Shown here piece after piece: positions 8,339 to 18,050 of a stretch of DNA of 64,000 bases (position 1 is the stretch's first letter; every line of letters starts with the position of its first letter). This DNA is from Deltaproteobacteria bacterium (lineage in GTDB: Bacteria; Myxococcota_A; UBA796; UBA2385): NCBI GenBank assembly GCA_016792625.1, contig JAEUKK010000027.1:78424-142423 (forward strand), given 5' to 3'. The position numbers and the translations under genes are program-made. The notes under the pieces were generated by a model. It made no database searches and was not told the origin of the DNA. It saw only the letters and a list, made by a program, of their open reading frames with translations.

Positions 8339-9805
8339 ATGGACGCGAGCGCGGCGATGGAGCCTGGCTTTCTCTCGGTGGTGCCGGCGCTGGTCGCCAT
8401 CGCGCTGGCTTTTTGGACGAAGAACGTCCTGCCGGCGCTGTTCGCGGGCATCTTGACCGCCGGCTTGGTGATGTTCGCCCAGAGCGGCGAGGCCAAAGAC
8501 CTCAACGTGATCAGCAAGCTGCTGCTGCCGGCCCTGGGCAGCGAGGGCTATGCCAAGATCTTGCTCATCTACCTGTGGAGCCTCGGCGGCCTCATCGGGA
8601 TCTGGGAGAAGACCGGCGCCGCCCTGCACTTCGCCGAGGTGGTCGGCGGCAAGCTGGTCAAGGGCCCGCGCTCGGCCATGGTCTATGTCTGGGTGCTCGG
8701 CTGCGTCTTTCACCAGGGCGGGACGGTGAGCACCGTGCTCGCCGGCACCACCGCCCGGCCGGTGGCTGACAAGCACAAGATCAGCCACGAAGAGCTGTCC
8801 TACATCGTCGACAGCACCGCTTCGCCCGTGGCCACGGTGATCCCCTTCAACGCCTGGCCGACCTATGTCGCCGGCCTCATCGTCGGCGCGGTGCCCTTCC
8901 TCACCGACAGCGGGGCTGGGGTCACGCTGTTCTTCCAGTCCATCCCCTTCAACTTTTATGGGATCTTCGCGGTCTTCGGCACGCTGCTCTTCGCGCTGGG
9001 CTGGATGCCCTGGGTCGGCAAAGACATGGCGGCGGCCCGCACGCGCGCCCGCAGCACCGGCGTGCTCGACGCGCCGGGCGCCCGGCCGATGATGCCCTCG
9101 GCCGCCGACCTGAGCGCGGTGACCAGCACGGTGAAGGGCTACACCCCCTCGCTGCTCGACTTTGGCGTGCCGCTCGGCGTGCTCATCGGGCTCGCCGTCA
9201 TCCCCATCGCGCTGAGCAAAGCCGGGCTCATCAGCAACGGCAACTGGATCAACGAGGCCTTCCTCGCCTGCGTGCTCTCGGCCATGGTGGTCGCCGTGGC
9301 CCGCGGCATGAAGCTCGATGACGTGATGGACGGCTTTTTGGGCGGCTGCAAGTCCATGACCATCGGCGCGCTCATCCTCGGGCTCGCGGTCACCATGGGC
9401 GAGGCGGCCAAGGCCCTGCAGACCAGCGCCTACTTGGTCGGGCTGTTCGGTGACGCCCTGCCCGCCGTCGCTCTGCCTGCTGTGCTCACGCTCATCTGCA
9501 TGGGCATCGCGTTCGCTACGGGCACCAGCTTTGGCACCTACGCGGTGGTCATGCCCGTGGCCCTGCCCATGGCCTGGCACCTCGTGCCCGACCCGACCTA
9601 CCTCAAGGTCTGTTTTGGCGCGGTCATCGGCGGCGCGGTCTATGGCGACCAGTGCTCTCCGGTCTCGGACACGACCATCCTCAGCAGCATGTTCTCGGGC
9701 TGTGACCTGATGGACCACACCCGCACCCAGCTCCCTCTGGCCACGGTCTTCGCCGGCCTCGGCGCCCTGGCCAGCACCATCGCCGCGGCCCTGGTGCTCG
9801 CCTGA
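8339..9805 (+). CDS. nhaC: Na+/H+ antiporter NhaC family
   Basis: 488-aa polytopic membrane protein with NhaC-family architecture (about 12 hydrophobic segments with a central hydrophilic loop). Confidence 0.75.
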   Translation: MDASAAMEPGFLSVVPALVAIALAFWTKNVLPALFAGILTAGLVMFAQSGEAKDLNVISKLLLPALGSEGYAKILLIYLWSLGGLIGIWEKTGAALHFAEVVGGKLVKGPRSAMVYVWVLGCVFHQGGTVSTVLAGTTARPVADKHKISHEELSYIVDSTASPVATVIPFNAWPTYVAGLIVGAVPFLTDSGAGVTLFFQSIPFNFYGIFAVFGTLLFALGWMPWVGKDMAAARTRARSTGVLDAPGARPMMPSAADLSAVTSTVKGYTPSLLDFGVPLGVLIGLAVIPIALSKAGLISNGNWINEAFLACVLSAMVVAVARGMKLDDVMDGFLGGCKSMTIGALILGLAVTMGEAAKALQTSAYLVGLFGDALPAVALPAVLTLICMGIAFATGTSFGTYAVVMPVALPMAWHLVPDPTYLKVCFGAVIGGAVYGDQCSPVSDTTILSSMFSGCDLMDHTRTQLPLATVFAGLGALASTIAAALVLA

Positions 9806-9918
9806 GCGGGGCGGGCCCGCTGGCCCGGCTCTGGGCCGCCCTGGTCGGGCTGCTGCGCCCGCGCCCCACGATCCACCTGCCACCGCCCCCGCCGGGCGCC
9901 GCGGCGCTTTTTGACGCG

Positions 9919-11151
9919 GTGCGCTGGCTCTCGGCCGAGCAGACCCCCTGGGGCTGCCCGGTGCTCGACGTCGGGCCGGTCACGGGCGGGGTGGAGCCGC
10001 GGCTGCGCGCGGCGGTGCAGGCCATCGCCGATGGCTGGACCGGAGAGGACGGCGCCGGCCTCGGCCCCTTGCGCCCGCCCGAGGGGCCCGCCTTGCCGGG
10101 AGAGCTGCGGCTGCCGCTGTCTTCGGCCGATCCGGCGATGACGCCGGAGGGCGCGTTGTTCCGGCCCCAGCACCCCAGCGAGCGCCACGCGCTCTACCTG
10201 CGCGATGGGTGGGTCTGGGCGCTGGACGCCCACACCCGCGCCGTGCGGGCCGCCGCGCCGGCCAGCCGCGAGGGCGCGCTGCTCGTGATCGGCCCGCTGC
10301 ACGCTGGTCTGCTCGGCCCCGCGCCGGATGGGGGCCCACCCGCCGGCCTGGACTACGCCCAGAGCGGTGACCCGGCGATGGTCTGGGCGACCTTCACCTG
10401 GCTGCTGCGCAGCCACGCCTTGGGCGAGCTGCTGCCCGCGCCCCTGCCCGCCGCCCTCGCCGAAGAGCCCCGGGCCGCCGCCCTCTGGGCCAGCGGCTGG
10501 CTGGGCCGGCGCTGCCTCGGCCTCGCCGCGGCCCCGGCCCTGCCCCCGCCGACCCGCCCGCTGCGGGTGGACGGCGCCCTGCTCTTGGCCGCCCAGCGCG
10601 GTGATCTCGCGGGGCTTCAGGCCGCTTTGGCCGCCGGCGCGGCGCCGGCCGCCCCGGGCAGCTTCTTTGGCTACACCGCGCTGCACGCCGCGGCGGCGAT
10701 GGGCGAGGCGGGCTGCGTGGGCGCCCTGCTCGCCGCCGGCGCCCCGGTCGACGCGACCGCCGACGACGGGGCGACCCCCCTGCTCGCCGCCGCGGCCCAG
10801 CACGGGCCCGACACCAGCGCCGTGGTGGGCCTGCTCATCGCGGCGGGGGCGAAGCTCGACGCCCGGCTCGGGGCCCGGGGCGAGGCGGCGGTGCACCTCG
10901 CCGCCCAGGCGGGCCGCGGGCCCGTGCTCGCCCGCCTCATCGGCGCGGGGGCCGATATACACGCCGCCACCGACGGTGGTTTCACCGCCCTGCACATGGC
11001 GGCCGAGCTGGGGCGGGCCGATTTGGTGACCCTGCTGCGGGCGGCGGGGGCCGACCCGCGGGCGGCGGCGGGCGGCCTGCGCCCGGCCGATCTGGCCGAA
11101 GCCAAGGGGCACCTGACCCTGGCCGCCGCGCTGCGGGCCGCGGGCGGCTGA
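9919..11151 (+). CDS. Ankyrin-repeat protein
   Basis: C-terminal half has at least 4 canonical ankyrin repeats (TALHAAAAMGEAGCVGALLAAGAPVDA..., TPLLAAAAQHG..., AAVHLAAQAGRGPVLARLIGAGADIHA..., FTALHMAAELGRADLVTLLRAAGADP). Starts at a GTG. Confidence 0.75.
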   Translation: MRWLSAEQTPWGCPVLDVGPVTGGVEPRLRAAVQAIADGWTGEDGAGLGPLRPPEGPALPGELRLPLSSADPAMTPEGALFRPQHPSERHALYLRDGWVWALDAHTRAVRAAAPASREGALLVIGPLHAGLLGPAPDGGPPAGLDYAQSGDPAMVWATFTWLLRSHALGELLPAPLPAALAEEPRAAALWASGWLGRRCLGLAAAPALPPPTRPLRVDGALLLAAQRGDLAGLQAALAAGAAPAAPGSFFGYTALHAAAAMGEAGCVGALLAAGAPVDATADDGATPLLAAAAQHGPDTSAVVGLLIAAGAKLDARLGARGEAAVHLAAQAGRGPVLARLIGAGADIHAATDGGFTALHMAAELGRADLVTLLRAAGADPRAAAGGLRPADLAEAKGHLTLAAALRAAGG

Positions 11152-11253
11152 GCGCGGCGCCGGAGGGCGCTGCGCTGCCCTTTGGATCGGCGCGGCCCGG
11201 CCGATGGGGGGGAGCCGCGCGTGCACCCGTGCCCGCGCCCGGCCGAGGCCCCC

Positions 11254-12075
11254 ATGGACAACCGCCGCCGTCAGTACCGCGTCACCGCCGAGTTTGACCG
11301 CCTCGTGCAGGTCGAGCTGCTCGGCCCCAAGGTGCACGCCACCAACGTGCGCCTGCTCGATCTCTCGGCGGGCGGCGCGGGCATCGTGCTGCCCTCGCGC
11401 GCGAGCGGGGTGCTGCGCATGCGCGACCGCATCGAGCTGCGCTTGATCAGCGCCGCGTTGACCGAGCCGGTCCGCATGTTCGCCCGCATCAGCCACCTCG
11501 ACGAGCGTGAGCGCGAGCCCACGGTGGGCCTCGAGTTCGAGAGCTGGCGGGAGCACCGGGCCCTGCTCGACAGCGAGCTGAAGACCTTGTTCAACGAGCG
11601 CGAGGCCTTCCGGGTCGACCCAACCCACCGCGAGCCTGTCGAGCTGCGCATCGTCGGCCGGCCGAAGGATGGCCTGCTCGCCGCCACCCGGCCGGTGGGG
11701 GCGCGGCTGAGCGCGCCGGTTGAGGCGCAGCTGCGCGACATCTCGGTCACCGGCCTCGGCGTGAAGCTGCTCGGCCCGCTCACCGGCCCCTGGGGGGCCA
11801 CCGACGGGCTGCGGGTCGAGGCCCGCCTGCCCGGCGACAGCCAGGGGGTCACCCTCGAGGTCGAGCTGCGCTACCTGCGCCCCCACGCCGAGGGGGTGAC
11901 CCTGGCCGGCCTGCGCCTGACCGAGGACACGACCCCCCACGCCCGCCGGGCCCGCGCGGCGGTCACCCGCTACGTGATGGACCGCCAGCGCGCCATCCTG
12001 CGCGTGGGCCTGCGCGATGAAGAGCCGAGCCGCTCGATGGTCCGCCCCCTGCTCGAGGGCGCGGCCGCGCGCTGA
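11254..12075 (+). CDS. Tandem PilZ-domain protein (putative c-di-GMP receptor)
   Basis: MDNRRRQYRV ... DLSAGGAGI matches the RxxxR plus D/NxSxxG PilZ motifs. A second PilZ-like unit is EAFRVDPTHREP ... RDISVTGLGV. The ORF 11182..12075 is trimmed to the internal ATG at 11254. Confidence 0.7.
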   Translation: MDNRRRQYRVTAEFDRLVQVELLGPKVHATNVRLLDLSAGGAGIVLPSRASGVLRMRDRIELRLISAALTEPVRMFARISHLDEREREPTVGLEFESWREHRALLDSELKTLFNEREAFRVDPTHREPVELRIVGRPKDGLLAATRPVGARLSAPVEAQLRDISVTGLGVKLLGPLTGPWGATDGLRVEARLPGDSQGVTLEVELRYLRPHAEGVTLAGLRLTEDTTPHARRARAAVTRYVMDRQRAILRVGLRDEEPSRSMVRPLLEGAAAR

Positions 12076-12129
12076 AAAGCCCGCCCCGGGGCCCTGGTGG
12101 GCCCGCAGGCCGCGCGCTAGCCGGCGGCC

Positions 12130-12657
12130 ATGAGCACCCGCGCCGCCCCGCCGACCCCTGCGCCCGCCCCGCCGCGCGCGCCGTCCGCCCCCGCGCCCGC
12201 TGCCGCCGGCGGCCCCGCTGACGAGGCTGAGCTTTTCGGCGAAAACGACGCCGACGACGTCGAAGACGAGGCCCCTGGCCCGCCGCTCGACCCGCCGAGC
12301 CTCGAGCCGGTGCGCGTCGACAAGTGGCTCTGGGCCGCCCGCATGGTGAAGACCCGCACCCAGGCCAGCGACGCCTGCGCCGGCGGGCTCATCAAGGTCA
12401 ACGGCCTGACCGCCAAGGCCAGCCAAAAGGTCAAGCCGGGCGACCGGGTCGAGGGCGCGCTGCCCAGCGGCCGGCGGGTGCTCGAGGTGCGGGGCACGGC
12501 CGAGCGCCGCGGCAGCGCGCCGATCGCCCGCAGCCTCTACACCGACCTCGCCCCGCCTGAGCGCGCGCCCCGCCTGGGCTTCCTCGAGGTCGAGCGGGGT
12601 GAGGGCAGGCCGACCAAGGTCGACCGCCGCAAGATGGAGCGGGTGCGCGGATGGTAG
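12130..12657 (+). CDS. hslR: Ribosome-associated heat shock protein Hsp15 (S4 RNA-binding domain)
   Basis: VRVDKWLWAARMVKTRTQASDACAGGLIKVNG closely matches E. coli HslR RLDKWLWAARFYKTRALA. Has an N-terminal Ala/Pro-rich extension. Confidence 0.75.
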   Translation: MSTRAAPPTPAPAPPRAPSAPAPAAAGGPADEAELFGENDADDVEDEAPGPPLDPPSLEPVRVDKWLWAARMVKTRTQASDACAGGLIKVNGLTAKASQKVKPGDRVEGALPSGRRVLEVRGTAERRGSAPIARSLYTDLAPPERAPRLGFLEVERGEGRPTKVDRRKMERVRGW

Positions 12658-13544
12658 CCCCCCTGCGCTGGGGCGTGGTCGGGGTCGGCGTCGCCGGGAA
12701 GGCCCGCGCCCGCGCCATCGCCGACGACCCGCGGGCGGTCGGGGTCTGCGGCCTGCGCGGCGAGCCCGAGGCGGTGGGCCTGCGCCCGGTCAGCGCGCTC
12801 GACGCGCTGATCGCCGAGGTCGACGTCGTGGCGGTGTGCAGCCCCGACTCAACCCACCCCGCGGTGGTGCGGGCGGCGCTCGAGGCGGGCCGGCACGTGG
12901 TCTGCGAGTACCCGCTCGCGCCGAGCGCGCGTGAGGCCCGGGCCCTCTTCGCGCTCGCCGCCGAAAACGGCCTGCGCCTGCACGTCGAGCACATCGAGCT
13001 GCTCACCCCCCAGGCCCGCCACCTGCGCTTGGTCTGCCGGCCCGACCAGCTGCGCGGCGGGGCCCTGCGCTGGGTGGGGCCGCCCCGCGCCGATCAGCCG
13101 CGCTTGCCCCACGCCAACCTCGCCCGGCTGCACCGCCTGGTCGACACCATCGGCCTCCCCCGCCGGATTGACGTGCAACGCGCCGAAGCCGACGCCTACA
13201 TGGCCACGCTGCGCTTCGACAACGGCGCGACCGTCGAGCTCAGCCTGCAGGCCGAGGCCGGCGCCCGCCGCCACCTTGAGCTGACCCTGGTGATGGAGGC
13301 CGGGGTCGCCCTGCAGGTCGACCAGACCCTGCTCTGGCGCGGCGGCCCGGTCAGCCCGCCGCCCCAGGCGCTAGGGCTCTTCGCCCAAGACCAGCGGGCG
13401 GCCAGCGCGCTCATCCTCGACGACGCCCCGCCCTACGTCAATGAAGAGCGGGTGCTCGCCCTGCTCGAGCTGGCCGACAACCTCGAGCGGGCCGGTGAGC
13501 TGTGGCGGGGCCTCGAGGCCCGCGGGTCGCGCCGCTCGGGCTGA
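12651..13544 (+). CDS. Gfo/Idh/MocA-family NAD(P)-dependent oxidoreductase
   Basis: N-terminal Rossmann motif WGVVGVGVAGKARARAI and conserved EYPLA. The ATG overlaps the hslR stop (ATGGTAG). Confidence 0.7.
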   Translation: MVAPLRWGVVGVGVAGKARARAIADDPRAVGVCGLRGEPEAVGLRPVSALDALIAEVDVVAVCSPDSTHPAVVRAALEAGRHVVCEYPLAPSAREARALFALAAENGLRLHVEHIELLTPQARHLRLVCRPDQLRGGALRWVGPPRADQPRLPHANLARLHRLVDTIGLPRRIDVQRAEADAYMATLRFDNGATVELSLQAEAGARRHLELTLVMEAGVALQVDQTLLWRGGPVSPPPQALGLFAQDQRAASALILDDAPPYVNEERVLALLELADNLERAGELWRGLEARGSRRSG

Positions 13545-13599
13545 GGCCGCCGAGGGGCGGGGGCCTTGCCTGGGGCGCCCCCGCCGCCGGCCGCCGCGC

Positions 13600-15057
13600 T
13601 CAGGGCGCGAGCCACTCGAGGGTCAGCTCGTAGTCGACGCCGCCGACCGGGCCGCTCCAGGGCAGCAGGGTCAGCGTGTAGGTCGTGCCTGGCTCGAGCA
13701 CCACGCCGTAGTTGGCGATGGTGTCGAAGCGCTCGGGGTTGACGTCGCCCACGTCCCAGCCGGCGCCGAGGATGGTGCCGTCGGCCGCGTTCCAGTTCAT
13801 GTCGAGGTTGTAGGCGGTGTCGGCCCAGCTGAGCGTCGCCACCACGCCCATGCCCTCGGGCACCGAGAGGGTGAAGCTGTCGTTCTCGCCGGCCCAGCTC
13901 GGGTCGGCGGCGGGGAAGTCGACCCGGCCCCGCACGATGTCGACGAAGCCAGGGCCCGAGGCCGGGGGCAGGGCCTGGGGGCTGCCGCTGACCACGCTGT
14001 AGTTGGCGTCGACCTCGACGTTGTTGGGCTCGGTGTCGGTCTCTTCCCAGCCGACGACGATGGGCTGCACGGTGTCGACGCTGACCGTGAAGCGCGGGCG
14101 GATCTCGCGGTCGATCCACCGCAGGCGCACCTGACCCTCGACGTCGGCGTCGATCTCAACGGGCGTGCTCGAGAACATCGTGCCGGCGGTGATCCCCGCG
14201 TTGAGGTCGGGGAAGTTGCCCGCCCACACATAGGCCTTGGCCAGCTGCTCGCCCACCTCGGGCGTGTCGTCGACGCGGGTCACGGGGGTGGTGCCATAGG
14301 CCCGGAAGGGGGCCGAGCGGGTGCGTGTCGATGGGTCATCGACGAAGAGCTCGGCCGCCGCGCCGCCGAGGGGGGCGCCCCGGTCGTCGAGGGTCGCCCC
14401 GGCGTAGATGCCCGCCTTGAACCCGGCTGCGTTCGGGTCAAAGCCGTCGATCTGCAGCTCGTAGTCTGCGGCGCCCACCGTCGCGGCGCCGGCCTGCACG
14501 CCGATGAGCAGCTCGGCGCCGGCGGGCACCTCGATGGGCGCGACGAAGGCGCCGCCCGCCCCGTCGGTCGGACCCTCGAACAGCAGCGCGGGGATGCCGC
14601 TCTCGTCGAGCTGCGCCATGTCGTAGACCGAGAGCAGGTAGCGCTGGTCTTCGGGGCCAGCACCGCCGGTGTCGAGCGCGGCGGTGTCGCCCGAGGCGCC
14701 CGCCCCGGCGTCATAGAGCAGGGTCAGGTTGATCGGCCCGCTCGAGGTGGCCCGCAGCAGGTACCAGTCGGCGTCGCCGGTGGGCGTGCCGTTGGGCCGC
14801 TGGCGGAAGCAGAGGGCCCTGCCGAGCACCCGCAGGTTGGCGTAGCGCAGCTCGCCCAGATCGCTGAGCGCGCCGTTGAGCGGGTCGTCGTTGACGCCGA
14901 TGCCGGCCTCTTGCTCCGAGAAGATGACCGCGGGGATGTCGATCTGACCCTCGACCACCGTGCGGTCGACGCCCGCCTCGGGCGAGAGGCAGGCCGAGAG
15001 CAGCAGGGGGAGGAGGGCCGGCGCGCGCCAAGCCCGGCGCGGGAGGGGGCTGGACAT
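13600..15057 (-). CDS. Hypothetical lipoprotein (partner of the TonB-dependent receptor)
   Basis: ORF 13600..15114. Lipobox ALLPLLLSACLSPEAG. Begins 10 bp after the stop of the upstream TBDR gene. No recognisable catalytic motif. Confidence 0.55.
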   Translation of the reverse strand: MSSPLPRRAWRAPALLPLLLSACLSPEAGVDRTVVEGQIDIPAVIFSEQEAGIGVNDDPLNGALSDLGELRYANLRVLGRALCFRQRPNGTPTGDADWYLLRATSSGPINLTLLYDAGAGASGDTAALDTGGAGPEDQRYLLSVYDMAQLDESGIPALLFEGPTDGAGGAFVAPIEVPAGAELLIGVQAGAATVGAADYELQIDGFDPNAAGFKAGIYAGATLDDRGAPLGGAAAELFVDDPSTRTRSAPFRAYGTTPVTRVDDTPEVGEQLAKAYVWAGNFPDLNAGITAGTMFSSTPVEIDADVEGQVRLRWIDREIRPRFTVSVDTVQPIVVGWEETDTEPNNVEVDANYSVVSGSPQALPPASGPGFVDIVRGRVDFPAADPSWAGENDSFTLSVPEGMGVVATLSWADTAYNLDMNWNAADGTILGAGWDVGDVNPERFDTIANYGVVLEPGTTYTLTLLPWSGPVGGVDYELTLEWLAP

Positions 15058-15123
15058 GGGGGGCTCCGAGGCGAAGGGGGCGGGCGGGCCGACCAGGGTG
15101 CGGGGGGTGCTCATGGTGGCCTC

Positions 15124-17985
15124 TCAGAACTGACCGCGGAGGCCGAGCTGGAAGTAGCGCGGCGACTGCCGGGCGATCGGCTGGCCCTGCCAGGCGTTGC
15201 CGTCGGGGTCGAGGTAGGGGCCGCCCGCGGGGTCGTCGGCCTCGGTGGCCACGCCGGTCACCGTGCGGTCGTTAAAGACGTTGAAGCACTCGACGGTCAG
15301 CGCCCAGGCGGTGGGGCCGGCGCCAAAGCTCAGGCCGCCCTTCAGATCGGTCTGCGAGAAGGCGGGCAGGCGGTAGTCGCCGTCGATGGGCTCCTGCGCG
15401 TTGTTCCAGGCGCCGTAGTTGTCGTTCCAGTAGATGGGCCGCCAGGGGTAGCCCGAGCTGAAGTTGAAGTTCCAGCCGGCCAGCAGGCCCATGTTGGACT
15501 TGCCGACGCTCCACAGCGCGTCGTTGCGCCACGAGCCGGCGAACTTCACGTTGTGCGGCACGTCGTAGGGCATGAGGCCCACGTCGACGTTGTTCTGCTG
15601 GGGGATGTCCATGGCCGAGCTGGCGAGGCCCTGGCTCTGGTCGTCGCGCGCCCGCCCATAGGCCCGGCTGTAGGTGTAGCTGCCGAGCACACCCCAGCTG
15701 TCGCCAAACTGGCGCGAGGCGGCGACCTCCATCGAGTTGTAGCGGATGAAGGCCTCGTCGGGGGTCCGCAGGCGGAACAGCGCCTCGCCGCTGCCGTCGC
15801 GGCTGCCGATCACCTGCGTGCCGTCGGCGTTCCAGATGAGGTTGACCTCATCATCTTCGAACATGTTGCGGGTGAACTCGTGGGTGTAGTTGACGTCCAC
15901 CAGCCAGCCGCCGCCCAGATCGCGGGACACACCCACATCGAACTCGTCCGAGACGGGGGTCTGCAGGTCGGGGTGCTTGAGGAAGCTGTCGGCGAAGGCA
16001 TAGCTGGGCTCGGTCGACCAGTCGCCGGCCTGGCTGTCCCAGTTGTAGTAGCCGCCGCCGTTCAGCCCGCGGGCGAGGATGCTTGAGACCGACAAGAAGG
16101 CAGGGTCGTAGAAGCGGCCGTAGTAGGCGTGCAGGGCGGTGGTGCCCTTGCCGTCGAGGTCGGCCGCAAAACCCAGGCGCGGCGCCACGTTCACGCTCGA
16201 GTAGACCTTCTCGTCGACGTTGTTGTAAAAGGCGCTCTGGTCGAGGCGCACGCCCGGCCGCAGGGTGATGCGGGGCACGGGCTGCCAGACGTCTTGCAAA
16301 TAGACCCCGACCATGCTGCCGCGGAACTCGGCCTCGCTGTCGCTGTCGTACTTGATGAGCAGGGTGGGCTCATAGCCGGCGAGGTCTGAGGGGTCGCCGT
16401 TGTGGCTGTAGTACGGCATTCCCTGCGCGTAGCCGGGGTAGACCGTATAGGTCGAGACGAGGTCGGCCTGCACGCCCAGCTTGATCTGGTGCTCACCCAA
16501 GAAGCGCGCGAGCTGGGTGACCGAGAGGGTCAGGGCGTTGCGCTCGCGGCGGTCGATCGACGAGTCGGGGGTCATGCCGTACTGAAAGCCGTCGGCGTCA
16601 TAGGGCAAGAAGCTGTCGTAGTCCTGGGCGAAGCTGTCTTGGCACACGCCGACGTCGTTGTAGTTCTTGCAGTCCTTCCATTGCATGGGGCCGGTGATGA
16701 TGTAGCTGTGGTTGGTCGACAGCTGGGTGTCGATCACCGTGCTCGGCCCGGGCGTCCACTGGTGGCCCAGGCTGGCCAGCCAGCCGCCCTGTCGCCACCA
16801 GGTCTCTGCGTTGGGCAAGACATAGGGGTCGGCGGTCGCGTTGTCGATGTTGGTCGGGTCACCCTGGGCGTGCAGCCAGATCCGGTGGTTGGCCGAGGGC
16901 TTGTAGGTCAGCTTGCCGAAGAGGTAGCGGCTGCGCCAGTCGCGGGTCGCCAAGTCAAAGCCGGCGGGGCGGATGTCGCGGACCTCTTTGGTCATCACCG
17001 GGGTGTACAGGCTCTTGGTGAGCTGCAGGCCGGTAAAGAACCAGAGCTTGTCTTTGATGATCGGCCCGCCCACGTTGACCGCGAGCAGCTGGTCGGCGTT
17101 GTCGGGCTTGGGCACGCCCTTCTCTTCGGGCAGCGGCTGGTAGAGCTGGGTCTCGGTGCCGCTGTACAGCAGCTGCAGGTCGGCGGTGAATTTGTTGCCG
17201 CCCGAGCGGGTCACCACGTTGACCGCGCCGCCCATCGCTCGGCCATACTCGGCGTCCATGCCGCCGGTGATGACCTGGAACTCTTCGATGGCGTCATAGT
17301 TCATGTTCACAGAGAAGGTGTTGGTCACCGGGTCTGTGGTGTTCACGCCGTCGACGAAGTATTGGTTTCCAAACGAGAGGCCGCCGCGCATATTGGGGTT
17401 GCCCCCGCCGACCACGCCCGGCGCAAAACCCATCACCGACTGGTAGTCGCGGCCCGCGTTGGGGATGTCACGCAGCTGCTCGCGCGACATCACCGTGCCT
17501 GTGCGCGCGTTGGTCGCGTCGAGCGGCGGGCGCACGTCGGTGACCGTGATGGCCTCGCCGGCCTGGGCGAGGCTCAGCGGCACGTCGAGGCGGGCGGTCA
17601 GGCCCGAGCTGATGCGGGCGCGGGCCTTGGCGTCGTGGAAGCCCGGGGCCTGCACCAGCACGTCGTACTCGCCAACCGGCAGGGCCATGAAGCGGAAGTT
17701 GCCGTCGGCGTCGGCGCTGGCCTGCTTGGTGCCCTGCAGGGCGTCGGACTTGATCGTGATGAGCGCGGCGGGGACGGGCAGGCCCTCGGCGTCGCTGACC
17801 TTGCCGGCCAGCGCGCCGGTGAGCTCGACCGCGAAGGCGGGCAGGGCCGGCAGCAGGGTGAACAGGGTCAGGAGGGCCTGCAGCGACCAGCGCACGACCG
17901 GGAGGCGGCGCGCGGGCGGGGCGTGGAGTGGGCGACGGGACAAAGGGAGCTCCTCTCTCGGGCGGGCGAGCGCGGAGCCTACCAC
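15124..17985 (-). CDS. Oar-like TonB-dependent receptor (carboxypeptidase-regulatory-like N-domain, plug and beta-barrel)
   Basis: CarboxypepD_reg-like GKVSDAEGLPVPAALITIKS ... DGNFRFMALPVGEYDVLVQAPGF. Plug motifs NPNMRGG ... QYFVDGV ... DAIEEFQV ... AEYG ... GGAVNVVT. Terminal aromatic residue (...LGLRGQF). The true start is probably an internal GTG near 17898. Confidence 0.8.
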   Translation of the reverse strand: MVGSALARPREELPLSRRPLHAPPARRLPVVRWSLQALLTLFTLLPALPAFAVELTGALAGKVSDAEGLPVPAALITIKSDALQGTKQASADADGNFRFMALPVGEYDVLVQAPGFHDAKARARISSGLTARLDVPLSLAQAGEAITVTDVRPPLDATNARTGTVMSREQLRDIPNAGRDYQSVMGFAPGVVGGGNPNMRGGLSFGNQYFVDGVNTTDPVTNTFSVNMNYDAIEEFQVITGGMDAEYGRAMGGAVNVVTRSGGNKFTADLQLLYSGTETQLYQPLPEEKGVPKPDNADQLLAVNVGGPIIKDKLWFFTGLQLTKSLYTPVMTKEVRDIRPAGFDLATRDWRSRYLFGKLTYKPSANHRIWLHAQGDPTNIDNATADPYVLPNAETWWRQGGWLASLGHQWTPGPSTVIDTQLSTNHSYIITGPMQWKDCKNYNDVGVCQDSFAQDYDSFLPYDADGFQYGMTPDSSIDRRERNALTLSVTQLARFLGEHQIKLGVQADLVSTYTVYPGYAQGMPYYSHNGDPSDLAGYEPTLLIKYDSDSEAEFRGSMVGVYLQDVWQPVPRITLRPGVRLDQSAFYNNVDEKVYSSVNVAPRLGFAADLDGKGTTALHAYYGRFYDPAFLSVSSILARGLNGGGYYNWDSQAGDWSTEPSYAFADSFLKHPDLQTPVSDEFDVGVSRDLGGGWLVDVNYTHEFTRNMFEDDEVNLIWNADGTQVIGSRDGSGEALFRLRTPDEAFIRYNSMEVAASRQFGDSWGVLGSYTYSRAYGRARDDQSQGLASSAMDIPQQNNVDVGLMPYDVPHNVKFAGSWRNDALWSVGKSNMGLLAGWNFNFSSGYPWRPIYWNDNYGAWNNAQEPIDGDYRLPAFSQTDLKGGLSFGAGPTAWALTVECFNVFNDRTVTGVATEADDPAGGPYLDPDGNAWQGQPIARQSPRYFQLGLRGQF

Positions 17986-18050
17986 AAGGCGTTTGACGCA
18001 CAGGCTGTGCTCCGCGTGGATACGCAGCCAGCGACGCCCCGGAGCCCCCG

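Noticed and set aside
7951-8517. 5' extension (189 aa) of the ORF 6751..8517
   Set aside because: Arg/Pro-rich junk upstream of an obvious Met plus signal peptide at 7950. Would also overlap the divergent nhaC gene start region.
9640-12426. 928-aa minus-strand ORF
   Set aside because: Antisense to the ankyrin, PilZ and hslR genes. Gly/Arg/Ala low-complexity composition. Artefact of high GC.
13441-16086. 881-aa plus-strand ORF (also 16402..18225 +, 17979..19790 -, 19771..22374 +)
   Set aside because: Shadow ORFs antisense to the lipoprotein/TBDR, copper-monooxygenase, TPR and FAD-monooxygenase genes. Arg/Gly/Ala-rich, no motifs.
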